Source of the DNA: Candidatus Jordarchaeia archaeon
GTDB lineage: Archaea; Asgardarchaeota; Jordiarchaeia; Jordiarchaeales; Jordiarchaeaceae
Direction of reading: 5' to 3'
NCBI GenBank assembly: GCA_029856435.1
Contig: JAHQXB010000035.1
Location: 1 to 51,036, forward strand
Length of the DNA stretch: 51,036 nucleotides
How positions within the stretch are numbered: the first letter of the stretch is position 1; each line of letters opens with the position of its first letter. A model generated the notes under the pieces. That model saw only the letters and a list, made by a program, of their open reading frames with translations, ran no database searches and had not been told where the DNA came from. Made by a program: the position numbers and the translations under genes. Of this stretch, positions 28,974 to 38,700 are shown piece after piece.

Positions 28974-30509
28974 CTACACAGAAAATTCTGAAAGCCTCGC
29001 GTAAATATTCTTATCCTTCAAAGCCATGTAAACATCATTGTGCACCTTATATAACTTATCGTAAACCTCTCGATTCTTTTCGTCAGGCTCCTTTCTCTCC
29101 CCTATCTGCACCATACTTTCCGCTGCATCTGAAACACTTCTGTATATTCCTACACCCACACCAGCTAAAATGGCTGCACCCAGTGAGGTGGCCTCCTCCA
29201 CCTTCCCTCTAGCCACTGTGATATTATAGATATCTGCCTGAATCTGATTCCATAGTGGGCTGCGGGTGGCCCCTCCTGTGATTCTAACTTCCTCAAATTC
29301 TAGTCCTAATTCCTTCATAACCTCAATGTTTTTACGGACCTCGAAACAAGCACCCTCCATTATAGCTCTGATGAGGTGCGCCCTAGTGTGGCCAAGAGCC
29401 AAACCTACTATAACTCCTCTTGCATCTGGATCCCAGTAAGGAGCTCCCGCGCCCACAAAGTGCGGTAGTAAGACTATTCCTCCAGAGCCTGGGGGTGCCT
29501 GTTCTGCCACGCTGCATAGGATGTCGTAAGGATCTTTTCCCAAGATTTCTGCCACATTCCTTTCAGGATGTCCCAACTGGTCTCTAAACCATCTGTACAC
29601 GCTACCAGTGGTAAACATGCTAGCTTCAACAACCCATTTACCGGGGTCGGCGTGGCAACTGAACAGTACACGTTTTTTAGGGTCACGCTTAGGTTTTTCG
29701 GTGTAAGCTAGGAGAAAGGTTCCTGTACCCATAGTTGCCTTAATTCTTCCCGGCTTTATTACTCCCACCCCTAATGCGCCACACTGCTGATCTCCACCTC
29801 CCGTAACCACAGGTGTTCCTTCTGCAAAACCAGTCTCTCTCGCCGCCTTCGCGGTTACCTCTCCAATTTTTTCACCGGAAGCATGTGATTCATTCAATTT
29901 TTCAGGCGGGATTTCCAAGGCGTCGCAAATCTTGTCAGACCATCTAAATTTTTCAACATCAAAAAGCAAAGTTCTTGAGGCATTTGACCAGTCGGTGACA
30001 AACATATTTGACAATTTCATTTCGATGAAGTCATGAACCAGCATGAATTTATAAGTGGAATTGAAAATTTTTGGTTCATTCTCTTTTATCCAGAGAATCT
30101 TGGGAGCCGAAAAATAAGGGTCAACTGTGAGACCAGAGATCCGGTATACTTCATCAACGCCTACTATCCTCTTTATTTCATCACATTGTTTGACCGTCCT
30201 GCGATCCTGCCAAACAATAGCATTCCTCAAAGGATTCCCATCTTCATCGACTGGAACTGTAGTCTCACGCTGATTAGTAACACTTATACCGACAATATCT
30301 TCGGGAGCGAGGCCTGCTTTTTCGATGGCCCTTTTCGAGGTGTTACAGACAGCTCTCCACCAATCCAACGCGTTTTGTTCCACCCAGGCTGGGCGAGGAA
30401 AAATACTCGGGTATTCTTCATAATCTCTAGAAATTTCTACTCCATTTTCATCAAAAATTATGGTGCGGCAACCGATAGTGCCCGCATCCACGGCTGCTAT
30501 TAACTGCAT
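28974..30509 (-). CDS. glpK: FGGY-family kinase, glycerol kinase-like
   Basis: DAGTIGCR, TNQRET, AIVWQDRRT, GGGDQQ, GTGTF, GAPYWDPDARG; directly upstream of glpABC. Confidence 0.8.
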   Translation of the reverse strand: MQLIAAVDAGTIGCRTIIFDENGVEISRDYEEYPSIFPRPAWVEQNALDWWRAVCNTSKRAIEKAGLAPEDIVGISVTNQRETTVPVDEDGNPLRNAIVWQDRRTVKQCDEIKRIVGVDEVYRISGLTVDPYFSAPKILWIKENEPKIFNSTYKFMLVHDFIEMKLSNMFVTDWSNASRTLLFDVEKFRWSDKICDALEIPPEKLNESHASGEKIGEVTAKAARETGFAEGTPVVTGGGDQQCGALGVGVIKPGRIKATMGTGTFLLAYTEKPKRDPKKRVLFSCHADPGKWVVEASMFTTGSVYRWFRDQLGHPERNVAEILGKDPYDILCSVAEQAPPGSGGIVLLPHFVGAGAPYWDPDARGVIVGLALGHTRAHLIRAIMEGACFEVRKNIEVMKELGLEFEEVRITGGATRSPLWNQIQADIYNITVARGKVEEATSLGAAILAGVGVGIYRSVSDAAESMVQIGERKEPDEKNREVYDKLYKVHNDVYMALKDKNIYARLSEFSV

Positions 30510-30549
30510 TCACATCCACCTCTTTTAAACTTCCAAAGGGAGCAAAACA

Positions 30550-30566
30550 ATCAGTAATATACTGAT
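30550..30566. promoter_or_regulatory. Candidate operator upstream of glpK
   Basis: Inverted repeat ATCAGTA-ATA-TACTGAT about 40 bp upstream of the glpK start. Confidence 0.3.
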
Positions 30567-31130
30567 AATCTCTAATAAGAATAGCTCTCAAATATGAACC
30601 ATTTGTTATGAAAAACTTGAGGGTTTCATTCTTTATCTAAAACGCGTAAGCTTATGTACGTTTACAATGAAAAAACTTTAGGTTTCCACCCTTTGTCTAA
30701 AGCGCTTTAGCGTACGAGTGTTTACCTATAAAAATATTTTTTATCTTTCACATAAAGATAGAATAAAATAGATAACCTATTTCTTGTCTTTGGCTGCGAA
30801 GTGCTGTCTTCTAACGTCCCTAAGGCGTTTGCAAATTAGCCAGCACCAATTACTTAAACACATAGAAGACGGTGCTTATGCGCATTGCCTGAGGATAACC
30901 TCACAGTTTTCAGAAATGTGGGACTCAACAGTTGAAAGATTACAAAAAAGGTAATCCCGTTTACAAATGTGCAAAAATTGTCCCTCCCAGTTTGGAACCC
31001 AAGATAGTTTACACGCCCCTTCTTATGCTCTGTTAAGAAGCGCGTTTATCTTCCGCAAAACCTGCATTTTAAGTGCGTCTTTTTCCAAAAAAGAAAATAA
31101 ATGAGGGTCTTTTTGAGAGTTGGGGTGGCG

Positions 31131-31736
31131 CTAGAGACCTAGAATTTTTTTTAGCTTGTCTGGCTCCTCGCCCTCTTCAACAAAGACTTCTTTTTGTACT
31201 CCTACACGCTCCGCGTCGAATTTTCTGGCTATTCTACCGCCTACAACTTTTTCTCGAACGCTACTTTTTTTACCTTGCCAGATATACACTGTATCGTATG
31301 TGTCTATCAAGAAAACATCCTCTGAGTCCAGAGACGCTTTAGATAGTGGCACTTGAACGAATTGGATATCATCAAGGGTTTTAAACTCTTCCCCTGATAT
31401 CCTGTACATGACAATGGGGTGTGTTTTTTTCTCCATTTTTTTGAGTATAGATTTAGCGAGGTCTTGATCCACTATGCGCATTGGACCTACTGTTTTTCTA
31501 AATTCTAGTGGTTCACTACCTTGGTGGATTGTTTCTACGTGGGGTTTGCCTTTCCGTTGCTTATCTATGAGGTCGCTTATGAAGGCGCCAGCGAATTTTT
31601 CATCAACTGTTGTTTTTTCACCCAACCATATCCATATTCGGTCTTCAGCGTCAACAACATAGGTGTCTCCAGTCGAAAAAACAGGTTGCATTATTTCCTC
31701 ATAATCGCCTTCCTTAATTAAGTAAATTTTTGCCAA
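31131..31736 (-). CDS. Two-domain gelsolin/villin-like protein (Asgard 2DGel type)
   Basis: Two repeats: FSTGDTYVVD..RIWIWLGEKTTVDEK and LDSEDVFLID..TVYIWQGKKSSVREK, each followed by QG.EP/EGEEP. Confidence 0.88.
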   Translation of the reverse strand: MAKIYLIKEGDYEEIMQPVFSTGDTYVVDAEDRIWIWLGEKTTVDEKFAGAFISDLIDKQRKGKPHVETIHQGSEPLEFRKTVGPMRIVDQDLAKSILKKMEKKTHPIVMYRISGEEFKTLDDIQFVQVPLSKASLDSEDVFLIDTYDTVYIWQGKKSSVREKVVGGRIARKFDAERVGVQKEVFVEEGEEPDKLKKILGL

Positions 31737-31983
31737 GAGAAAAACCTTCTACAATAATTTGTACAATTTATAATATTAAATTCTTGTTATATTAAATTAC
31801 CCCTATTTAGCGGTTTGGATGAAGCTTCTTTTAACCATTTTTCGCGGATTTGAATTTTTATATCTATTTAATGCTTATTTTACTGGGATTTTTATGAAAC
31901 TACTGAGCGTTAAAAGCAAAGGGCGTGAACCAGCTTGCGCTCATTGTTCCCCAGAAGAACTACAAGGAACTCAGGCTACCGGG

Positions 31984-32117
31984 TATAGAGTTTCTCATTA
32001 ATTTTTTCCTAAACCTATCCTTGACCGGGGTTATTTAAGGCTTCTTTCACCAAAAAAAGGCGGAAAAAACCATACTTTCTGGAAGCAAAAAGGAAAAAAT
32101 TAAATGGAAAGTCTATA
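31984..32117. mobile_element. MITE family B, copy 2 (134 bp including flanking TA)
   Basis: TIR TATAGAGTTTCTCATTAATTTTTTCC / GGAAAAAATTAAATGGAAAGTCTATA; 4 mismatches to the reverse complement of copy 3. Confidence 0.88.
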
Positions 32118-32191
32118 ACTTGAATTTGGTCGCTGCTCTCTAAAGAAAAGTTTTATTATTCCCTGATTGCCATTATTTATTAAAGTGACTA

Positions 32192-33700
32192 GTGGAGCTG
32201 ACCATTGTGTCATTTATTGAAGAGCCTCATCTTACACGAAGTAGGCAAAGATTCAGACTTTTAGTCTCAAATTGTGATAAACTCACTAAATTGGTTCTTG
32301 AAATGGTAAATAGTTACAAAGATGGCGGTTTGAACAGGCAGGAATTTTTCAGGGATATTCGTGATCACAAAAAAATAGATGTTAGTGTCTTAGACAAGCA
32401 ATTTCTAGAAGAATTGGAGAACAGCGCTGGTATTTTGTATATGCGAGGCGAGTACCGCCTCAATATGAACCGCTTATTAATGCTAATAAACATGTTTCTT
32501 AAAGAAATCGAGCATTTCGATAAAGATAGGGCTGATGAATTAAGAAAAAATGTTAATCAAATTAATCTCAAAATTGACACTCTAACCGGCGAGACTACCG
32601 AGGTTGCAAAGGCCGCTAAAACAAAGTTACCAGAATATGAGGAAATCGAAAAGGAGGAAATAATTCAAGAACCCGTAATAGTGTGGGAAAAGGCGGGATT
32701 AGAACCTGTAGATAAAGCTCTCACCACCTATATTAAAGAGTATGACAAACTCAGCCTTGCACAGATATCTTCAGTTTTAGGCATACCTGAAAATGAAGTC
32801 AGGAAGAGATTAAGCTACCTGTTAGACCAAGGAATTTTAGTCGGCAAAATACAAGATGAGTACTTCCTAAGAGAAGCAGTAAGCGTGATACCGACTCCAA
32901 CAGAATTAGTAAAAGCAGAAGCAGCCACAGAGATAACAAAAATCGCGAAGGTTACACCGACAGCGGAAGTAACAGTTAAACCGCCCGCGATAAAAGGTAT
33001 TGAGAAACCTTTAGTTGAAGAAGCCATCTCCATAAAACCGGTTCAAGAGCTCAAGGTTGAGGGTTCAGAGGTGATAAAAACCCCTATCGAGAAGCCCGTG
33101 GTTGAGGAGCCTGCAGTTAAGGAGCCTATGGTTGAGGAACCAGTGGTTGAGGAACCAGTGGTTGAGGAACCAGTGGTTGAGGAACCAGTGGTTGAGGAAC
33201 CAGTGGTTGAGAAGCGAGTGGTTGCTGAGCATATTGAAAGTTCGGTTGCTAGGGAGGCCGCCGTTGAGACACCTGTGATTGAGACTGTAGAGGCGGCGCC
33301 ACCTGAGGAGGTGACTTATACCTCTAAAGAAGTTAAGGAGATTTATAAGAGGGTGAAGTTGTTTATTGAAATGGTTTCCCAAGTTCTTGAAATGGTGGTG
33401 GTACCTGAAAAGCCAGGATTTGATAAGAAGGCTCTATATAAACTGATTTATGACTACTATTTTCTTCCCATCGATGGGTCTTTTGATGTGGAACCGTTTA
33501 AGGAATTAGAGAAAGAGGGGGTAGTCCATGTGGAAGAAAATTGGATTAGATTTGATTTAGACAAATCCCTTTCACTTTTCAAAAACAAGTATATTCCCGG
33601 GATTAGGAAAGTTAAAAAGGGAACCGCGTCCAAGCTGGAAAAGGCTTTAGATGAACACATAGAGCAAATGATAAATAATCTCCTTAAGTCTAGAGCGTAA
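32192..33700 (+). CDS. Multidomain protein with PCI-like winged helix and Glu/Pro/Val/Lys-rich linker
   Basis: YDKLSLAQISSVLGIPENEVRKRLSYLLDQGILVGKI resembles the PCI/PINT WH consensus; low-complexity linker; folded C-terminal domain. Confidence 0.7.
   Translation: MELTIVSFIEEPHLTRSRQRFRLLVSNCDKLTKLVLEMVNSYKDGGLNRQEFFRDIRDHKKIDVSVLDKQFLEELENSAGILYMRGEYRLNMNRLLMLINMFLKEIEHFDKDRADELRKNVNQINLKIDTLTGETTEVAKAAKTKLPEYEEIEKEEIIQEPVIVWEKAGLEPVDKALTTYIKEYDKLSLAQISSVLGIPENEVRKRLSYLLDQGILVGKIQDEYFLREAVSVIPTPTELVKAEAATEITKIAKVTPTAEVTVKPPAIKGIEKPLVEEAISIKPVQELKVEGSEVIKTPIEKPVVEEPAVKEPMVEEPVVEEPVVEEPVVEEPVVEEPVVEKRVVAEHIESSVAREAAVETPVIETVEAAPPEEVTYTSKEVKEIYKRVKLFIEMVSQVLEMVVVPEKPGFDKKALYKLIYDYYFLPIDGSFDVEPFKELEKEGVVHVEENWIRFDLDKSLSLFKNKYIPGIRKVKKGTASKLEKALDEHIEQMINNLLKSRA
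33089..33223 (+). repeat. In-frame 15-bp tandem repeat (EEPVV)
   Basis: Five perfect GAGGAACCAGTGGTT units (33134-33208) plus four degenerate flanking units. Confidence 0.95.
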
Positions 33701-33838
33701 CGGCAATGCAGTTATCCTAATTAATCTATTTCCCTCTACTTTTTAGCTTCCAATAGGTAAAGGATTCTTGCAGTTGCTTCTTCGTGAGTGGAATAAAAAA
33801 TCTAAATTTCCGGTGGCGGGTTTTGCTGCATTTGTAGA

Positions 33839-34120
33839 TTAGATGTTCTTACAGTAACCTATTATTTCAAAGTCTTCTTCGTCGAATTCGTTGGCGGTCC
33901 ATTCCTCTATTTCTTTTATCATTTCTCTTATTTTTTCTGGCGGTCCGTAAATTATATCCTTTGTTACGTTGAGCCTATATTTTGACCTTGCGCAATCCTC
34001 TATGGCTAATTTTAGGAATTTTTCAGCTTTGTCTTCAGATATACGAAACTTTTCAGCTAATCCCGGAATTATCTGCCTCTTTTTTTCTATAAGTTCGGTA
34101 GAAGAAATCTTCTCACTCAT
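33839..34120 (-). CDS. Small hypothetical protein
   Basis: 93-aa ATG-started ORF 80 bp downstream of the TIGR00300 gene on the same strand. Confidence 0.65.
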   Translation of the reverse strand: MSEKISSTELIEKKRQIIPGLAEKFRISEDKAEKFLKLAIEDCARSKYRLNVTKDIIYGPPEKIREMIKEIEEWTANEFDEEDFEIIGYCKNI

Positions 34121-34200
34121 TTCCGTATGGGCTCCGCTATCCTTTTGATATTTTAGGGGGTTTAACTTTTGCTTATTCTCTTTTTTATTTTTCTATTATT

Positions 34201-35424
34201 TTACACTGTGCCTTCTAGTTGCCATAGTTCCTGTACTAATCTAGGCAGGAATGCCCCAATGTCGCTTATTATTCCTATGGCATATGTTCCTCGGTCTGTA
34301 AGTTTTGTCACTACTGCTGGGTTTATGTCTATACAAATTGTTTTTACCGTGGATGGGAGCATATTTCCCACAGCTATGGAGTGCAGTGTAGTTGCGAGCA
34401 TAAGCACCAAGTCGGTTTTTCTCAATGCTTTCCTCATTGCGTCTTGTGCTTCCATCACATCGGTAATGACATCTGGTATAGGGCCATCATCTCTTATGGA
34501 TCCTGCGATTACCAGTTCCACATTGTTTTTTATGCATTCGTACATGATTCCGCTTTTTAGAATCCCCTTCTCAACCGCGTTCCGAATTGAGCCTGCTTTT
34601 CTGATTACATTTATAGCCATCAGGTGGTGACGGTGTCCCCCTTCATAGTTTTCGAGTGTTTTTAAATCCATTCCAAGGCTGGTTCCGAATAATGAGTTCT
34701 CTACATCGTGTACTGCCACAGCATTTCCAGTTAGTAGTGCCTGAACGTAGCCCATTCTTATTAGTTCTGATAGTGCTGCCGCTGCTCCAGCATGGATGAC
34801 TGCGGGACCTGGGACTACCACGATTTTTCCTCCTTTTTTTCTGAGCTCAAACATTTCTTTTGCTATCATGCGTGTGAGGGATAAGGTGGGTTTTTCTGAG
34901 GATATGGCGCTGCTCATAAAGCTGAAAACCTCTTTTTTTCGAGATCTTTCTGGAGGAATAACCTTTATGCCCTTGTTTCCAACGACAACTAGTTCCCCCT
35001 TCTTTACCTTTCTCATTGGTATGCTATGAGGTTTGCCTTCTCTAATCACTATAACCTTATCCATTTCTTGGTTTTCTGTTTTTATCCACTCCCCGTTTAT
35101 CATAACAAATGTGGGATGGTTAGTTGTTGAATAGAAATTGTCAGGTAGTACCCCATCTTCAGGGGCTGGCATTAGTTCGGCGTCCACCGCCTTTTCGGTT
35201 ACCACCGCACCTAACTTCTGAAGTTCCCCAAGAATCATATTGAGATGTTGCTGATCTTTGCCAAAAATGCGTATATGAGCGTGTGAATACTCATTTTTAG
35301 TTTGTCCAATCCTGAACTCCAATACTTCGAATTCTCCGTTTAAATCATAGATTGCTCCAAATATTTTGGGAAGTATCATTGAATCTATTATATGCCCTGT
35401 TAACTCAATTTCAGCTTCAATCAA
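34201..35424 (-). CDS. TIGR00300-family protein (LOR/SDH N-terminal domain; ornithine cyclodeaminase-like, AgrE/ArgZ C-terminal homologue)
   Basis: IELTGHIIDS, FYSTTNHPT, GNAVAVHDVE..LFGTSLG, LIAGSIRDDGP-like, LHSIAVGNMLP, VVTKLTDRG. Confidence 0.85.
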   Translation of the reverse strand: MIEAEIELTGHIIDSMILPKIFGAIYDLNGEFEVLEFRIGQTKNEYSHAHIRIFGKDQQHLNMILGELQKLGAVVTEKAVDAELMPAPEDGVLPDNFYSTTNHPTFVMINGEWIKTENQEMDKVIVIREGKPHSIPMRKVKKGELVVVGNKGIKVIPPERSRKKEVFSFMSSAISSEKPTLSLTRMIAKEMFELRKKGGKIVVVPGPAVIHAGAAAALSELIRMGYVQALLTGNAVAVHDVENSLFGTSLGMDLKTLENYEGGHRHHLMAINVIRKAGSIRNAVEKGILKSGIMYECIKNNVELVIAGSIRDDGPIPDVITDVMEAQDAMRKALRKTDLVLMLATTLHSIAVGNMLPSTVKTICIDINPAVVTKLTDRGTYAIGIISDIGAFLPRLVQELWQLEGTV

Positions 35425-35770
35425 TATGTATTCCCTCTTTAGGGTTGGTGTCGGGCTTTCTAGATAAATTGATGCTGTTTTTGGGTGTTTGTTTTATTAA
35501 CCCTATTTTAGGGTCTTAGGTGTGCAATAAGAATGTTATATTATAATATTTTTGGGTCTATTTCTGGGAATGTTAAACACGAGTTACCTCCTTCTGTGCT
35601 TAATGCGGTTTTTTCTTCTTCGCCTCTTTTTCAGTTTAAACAGGACTCGTCTCCCCCTTTAAAACTTGTTTTCCCTGTTTCTAACACTTCAAAACTTCTA
35701 TTCGTATGCGACAGCTTATGCTGGGTTAACTATGCTTTGCTCTTTTGAAAAATTATTGTTGTAAGTTTTT

Positions 35771-38700
35771 GTGGTTTTTATATACGATTTTGCAATATTT
35801 TATGTTGAAACTTTAGGGGCAATTATGAATATCTTAAAAGTGGATGATGAAATTATGTGGAATGGCTTGGGAAAAATGTTTAAGTCTAACTTTCATCCTT
35901 TCCTATGCCTCATTCTTCTATTACAAATTAAGTTTATCTTATTTAAGGTTGGTCAGCTGACCTTGAGCAGTAGTTTTGTGAATCTTTCTCACTTCATTCA
36001 CTCAGAATCTTTCGTCCTGCCTTTTCTCATATTTTTTGGTGCAGTGTTTTTTGATGGAAAAAAGGTGCCTTTTTCTCGTTATCTCCTAACGCAGGATAAA
36101 ATTAGATTACTTAGGGGGAAAAATGTCTTGTCCGAGGAGACTGTTTTCCAATTATTTCCATCTTCCGAAAAGGATGGATTTAACTCTCCCTTGTGCCAAA
36201 ATTTTTTGGTTTCAGATGTAGAGTTAGATGAACAACTGGAGTACGCATACGAGATAAATGTTAGGGGGGAAACAATCTCTCCTTGCCTTTACATTTTTTC
36301 AAAGCAACCAATCATGGAAGAAGATTTAGATAGAAAAGTTCAATCTGTTCTATCAACCTTTAACCTAGGCGCCGATTATACTAGAATGTATTTCGAGATA
36401 TTGGAAGAAGAGTTTTTGGGTTTGATAGGAGGAGCTTATTTCACTGCGATTCGAAAGGCTAAGGGTGAAAAAAATATTTTAATTCTCGACGCGAATGGAA
36501 ATTCAACTTACGTTGCTGTGCTTATTTTGAAGGGGGCCCCAAATTGTGAATCACTAGACCCGCAGTGCTTAGACCTTTTCTTGAACTCTATTGAAAACTT
36601 GGATACAAATTTAACCCTCGTGATTCCTTTTCGATTTTTGAAAAGAAAGGAATCTGAACAGACTTATAAGAACTTAAAAACACGTGTTCGAGTTAAAAGT
36701 AAAACTCCAATTAAATACTGTGAAGCCTCTCCCTACTTGGTTGTAAGGGGCGCCTCTTTAGAGAGCATTAAAAATCACATGAAGAGAGTGTATGCCGCCG
36801 CTAGTGCTGCTTGGTCCGGAGTTAGGGAAAGAATTAATGTAGAGTTCTTGGACTGTAGCGGAATTAAAAAATTTCTACACAACATAATCTGCAGGCGACT
36901 CCTTCCCGATAAAGATGTCTTTTTCATAAAAAATTTAAGCATTTATTTGAAAGTTCCTACTTCTACTAACAAGAGAAAGTTAAACTCTCCAATTGGGCTT
37001 GCCAATGAAAATCTGAAGGGCAATATTTCTAACAGTGATAGAATCCTATTGGGCAAAACTGTTTTAAGTGGACGCACAGTATCCGTTTGGATGGATTATG
37101 AAAATTTGTTACACTACGTGGTCATTTTTGGCGAATCCCACGAAAAAACTTATTTTATAATGAGCCTCCTCAAAAAAATTAAGAAGCCTTGGATAGTTTT
37201 CGATTTTAAGGGCGATTTCAAGTTGAAGGGTCTATGTAATGATTCAATTTCATTTTTCAGTCTCAATTCTGGGTCTGAGCAACTTAAAATAAACCTCTTT
37301 GATTCTAAAGGAAAATCGCCAGAGGAACACGCCTCATTCCTAATTAGTATTTTCAAAAAATTTTTTGAAAACAAATTGGAAAATATGCAGGAGCCACTTC
37401 ACAGAATTCTGAGTTACTTCAGTAATGCGTTGAGATGTGAACATGGTCTCAGAGAGTTTAACAACGCCTTTAATGAAATATTGAAAATTAATGATTCTAA
37501 AAAGCAGACCATCATAAGAGAACTTACGCTCCTGCTTCACAATCTTCAGCAAGGTGCTCTAAGCAATGTTTTCAGCAGTAGCCACTCTAACGTAGGTCCG
37601 GAAATAGCTGATAAGCGTGTAGTCATTGATTTAAATCCTCTATACTCTGAAGCGGATATTATTGGCATAAAATTTCTCACAACCTATATTCTAGCATTAT
37701 TGTCTAGTGGTTTGTCTGAGGAAATAAATGGCTTAAAGCACGTAACGGTAATAAACTGCCCTGAAAACTGCTCAGAACTGATTAATTTCTTAACACAAGC
37801 GGTTTTAGATAAATCCACTTTACTAAAAAACGGTGAGGGTCTTATTCTATCTGTCCCTCATCCCCAAGACTTTAAAAGCATCTATAGTTTGGACTCGTGT
37901 TATACAATTATTGTTGATGGTCTAAGAGAACCCAGAAGGGGTGCTGAAATAATTGGGGGGATAAATCCAGAAGAAATAGAGAATCTCGGCGGTAAAACTT
38001 TAATGATAATGCCGGGAACGGGAAACAAAATAAAATTTGAAACCGATTGGGACAAAAACTTGGTTAATAAAGAAACAGGTCTCTCGCTTAAAGGTGAACT
38101 TATCAATAACTGTTTCAAAGCACCAGCTACTTTTGAAATGGAAGGAACCAGAGATGAACTTGAACTAAAACATCAGCTCTTCCCTGTAAAGAATACTTTC
38201 GTAACCGCCGATCAATTTCTTAGGGGAGTCAATAACCCGAAAATTTCATTCAATCCCCCATATGATTTAAGTGGTGAGCAGGTCGCAGTACTCGTGGAGC
38301 AGGTTTTAAACATTCTTGACAGTGAAATATACTTAACAGATCTTTTTATATCAAAAATAACAGGATTAACTCCAAAAACTGTAAACAAAATTATGCGTGA
38401 AGTCTTAAAATCGGATTCAGGAATTCAGAGAATCTATGTTCCCGTAGTTGGAAGCAAAACAAATATTCCTCTGTACTACTCTAAATTCGGACCCAAATAC
38501 GAAAATGTGCAGGACAAGTACTTGAAGGATATCCTAGATGAAATATGCTTCAAAAATGGCATCGATTTCTTGCTAAAAAGCGACCCAGAAACCGGAGCAG
38601 ATGGTAAAATTGAATCTTACGCTCTTAAACTGTTTGTTCACCTGCCTAGAGATGATGAGCTAAAAGGCACATTTCAAAAATTATTCCTGAAGTTTAACAG

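Noticed and set aside
33089-33223. Tandem repeat considered as a CRISPR array
   Set aside because: No spacers, a 15-bp unit, and in frame within a CDS. No CRISPR array or cas gene was seen anywhere in the window.
35533-35748. 71-aa ORF, and an opposite-strand frame with an in-frame TGA considered as selenocysteine
   Set aside because: No start or RBS, no selenoprotein-like motif and no SECIS recognised.
35771-36127. Hydrophobic N-terminal ~119 aa of the large ATPase-like ORF as a membrane anchor
   Set aside because: AT-rich and F/L/I-biased like intergenic DNA; a better start with an RBS exists at 36128, so membrane anchoring is not claimed.
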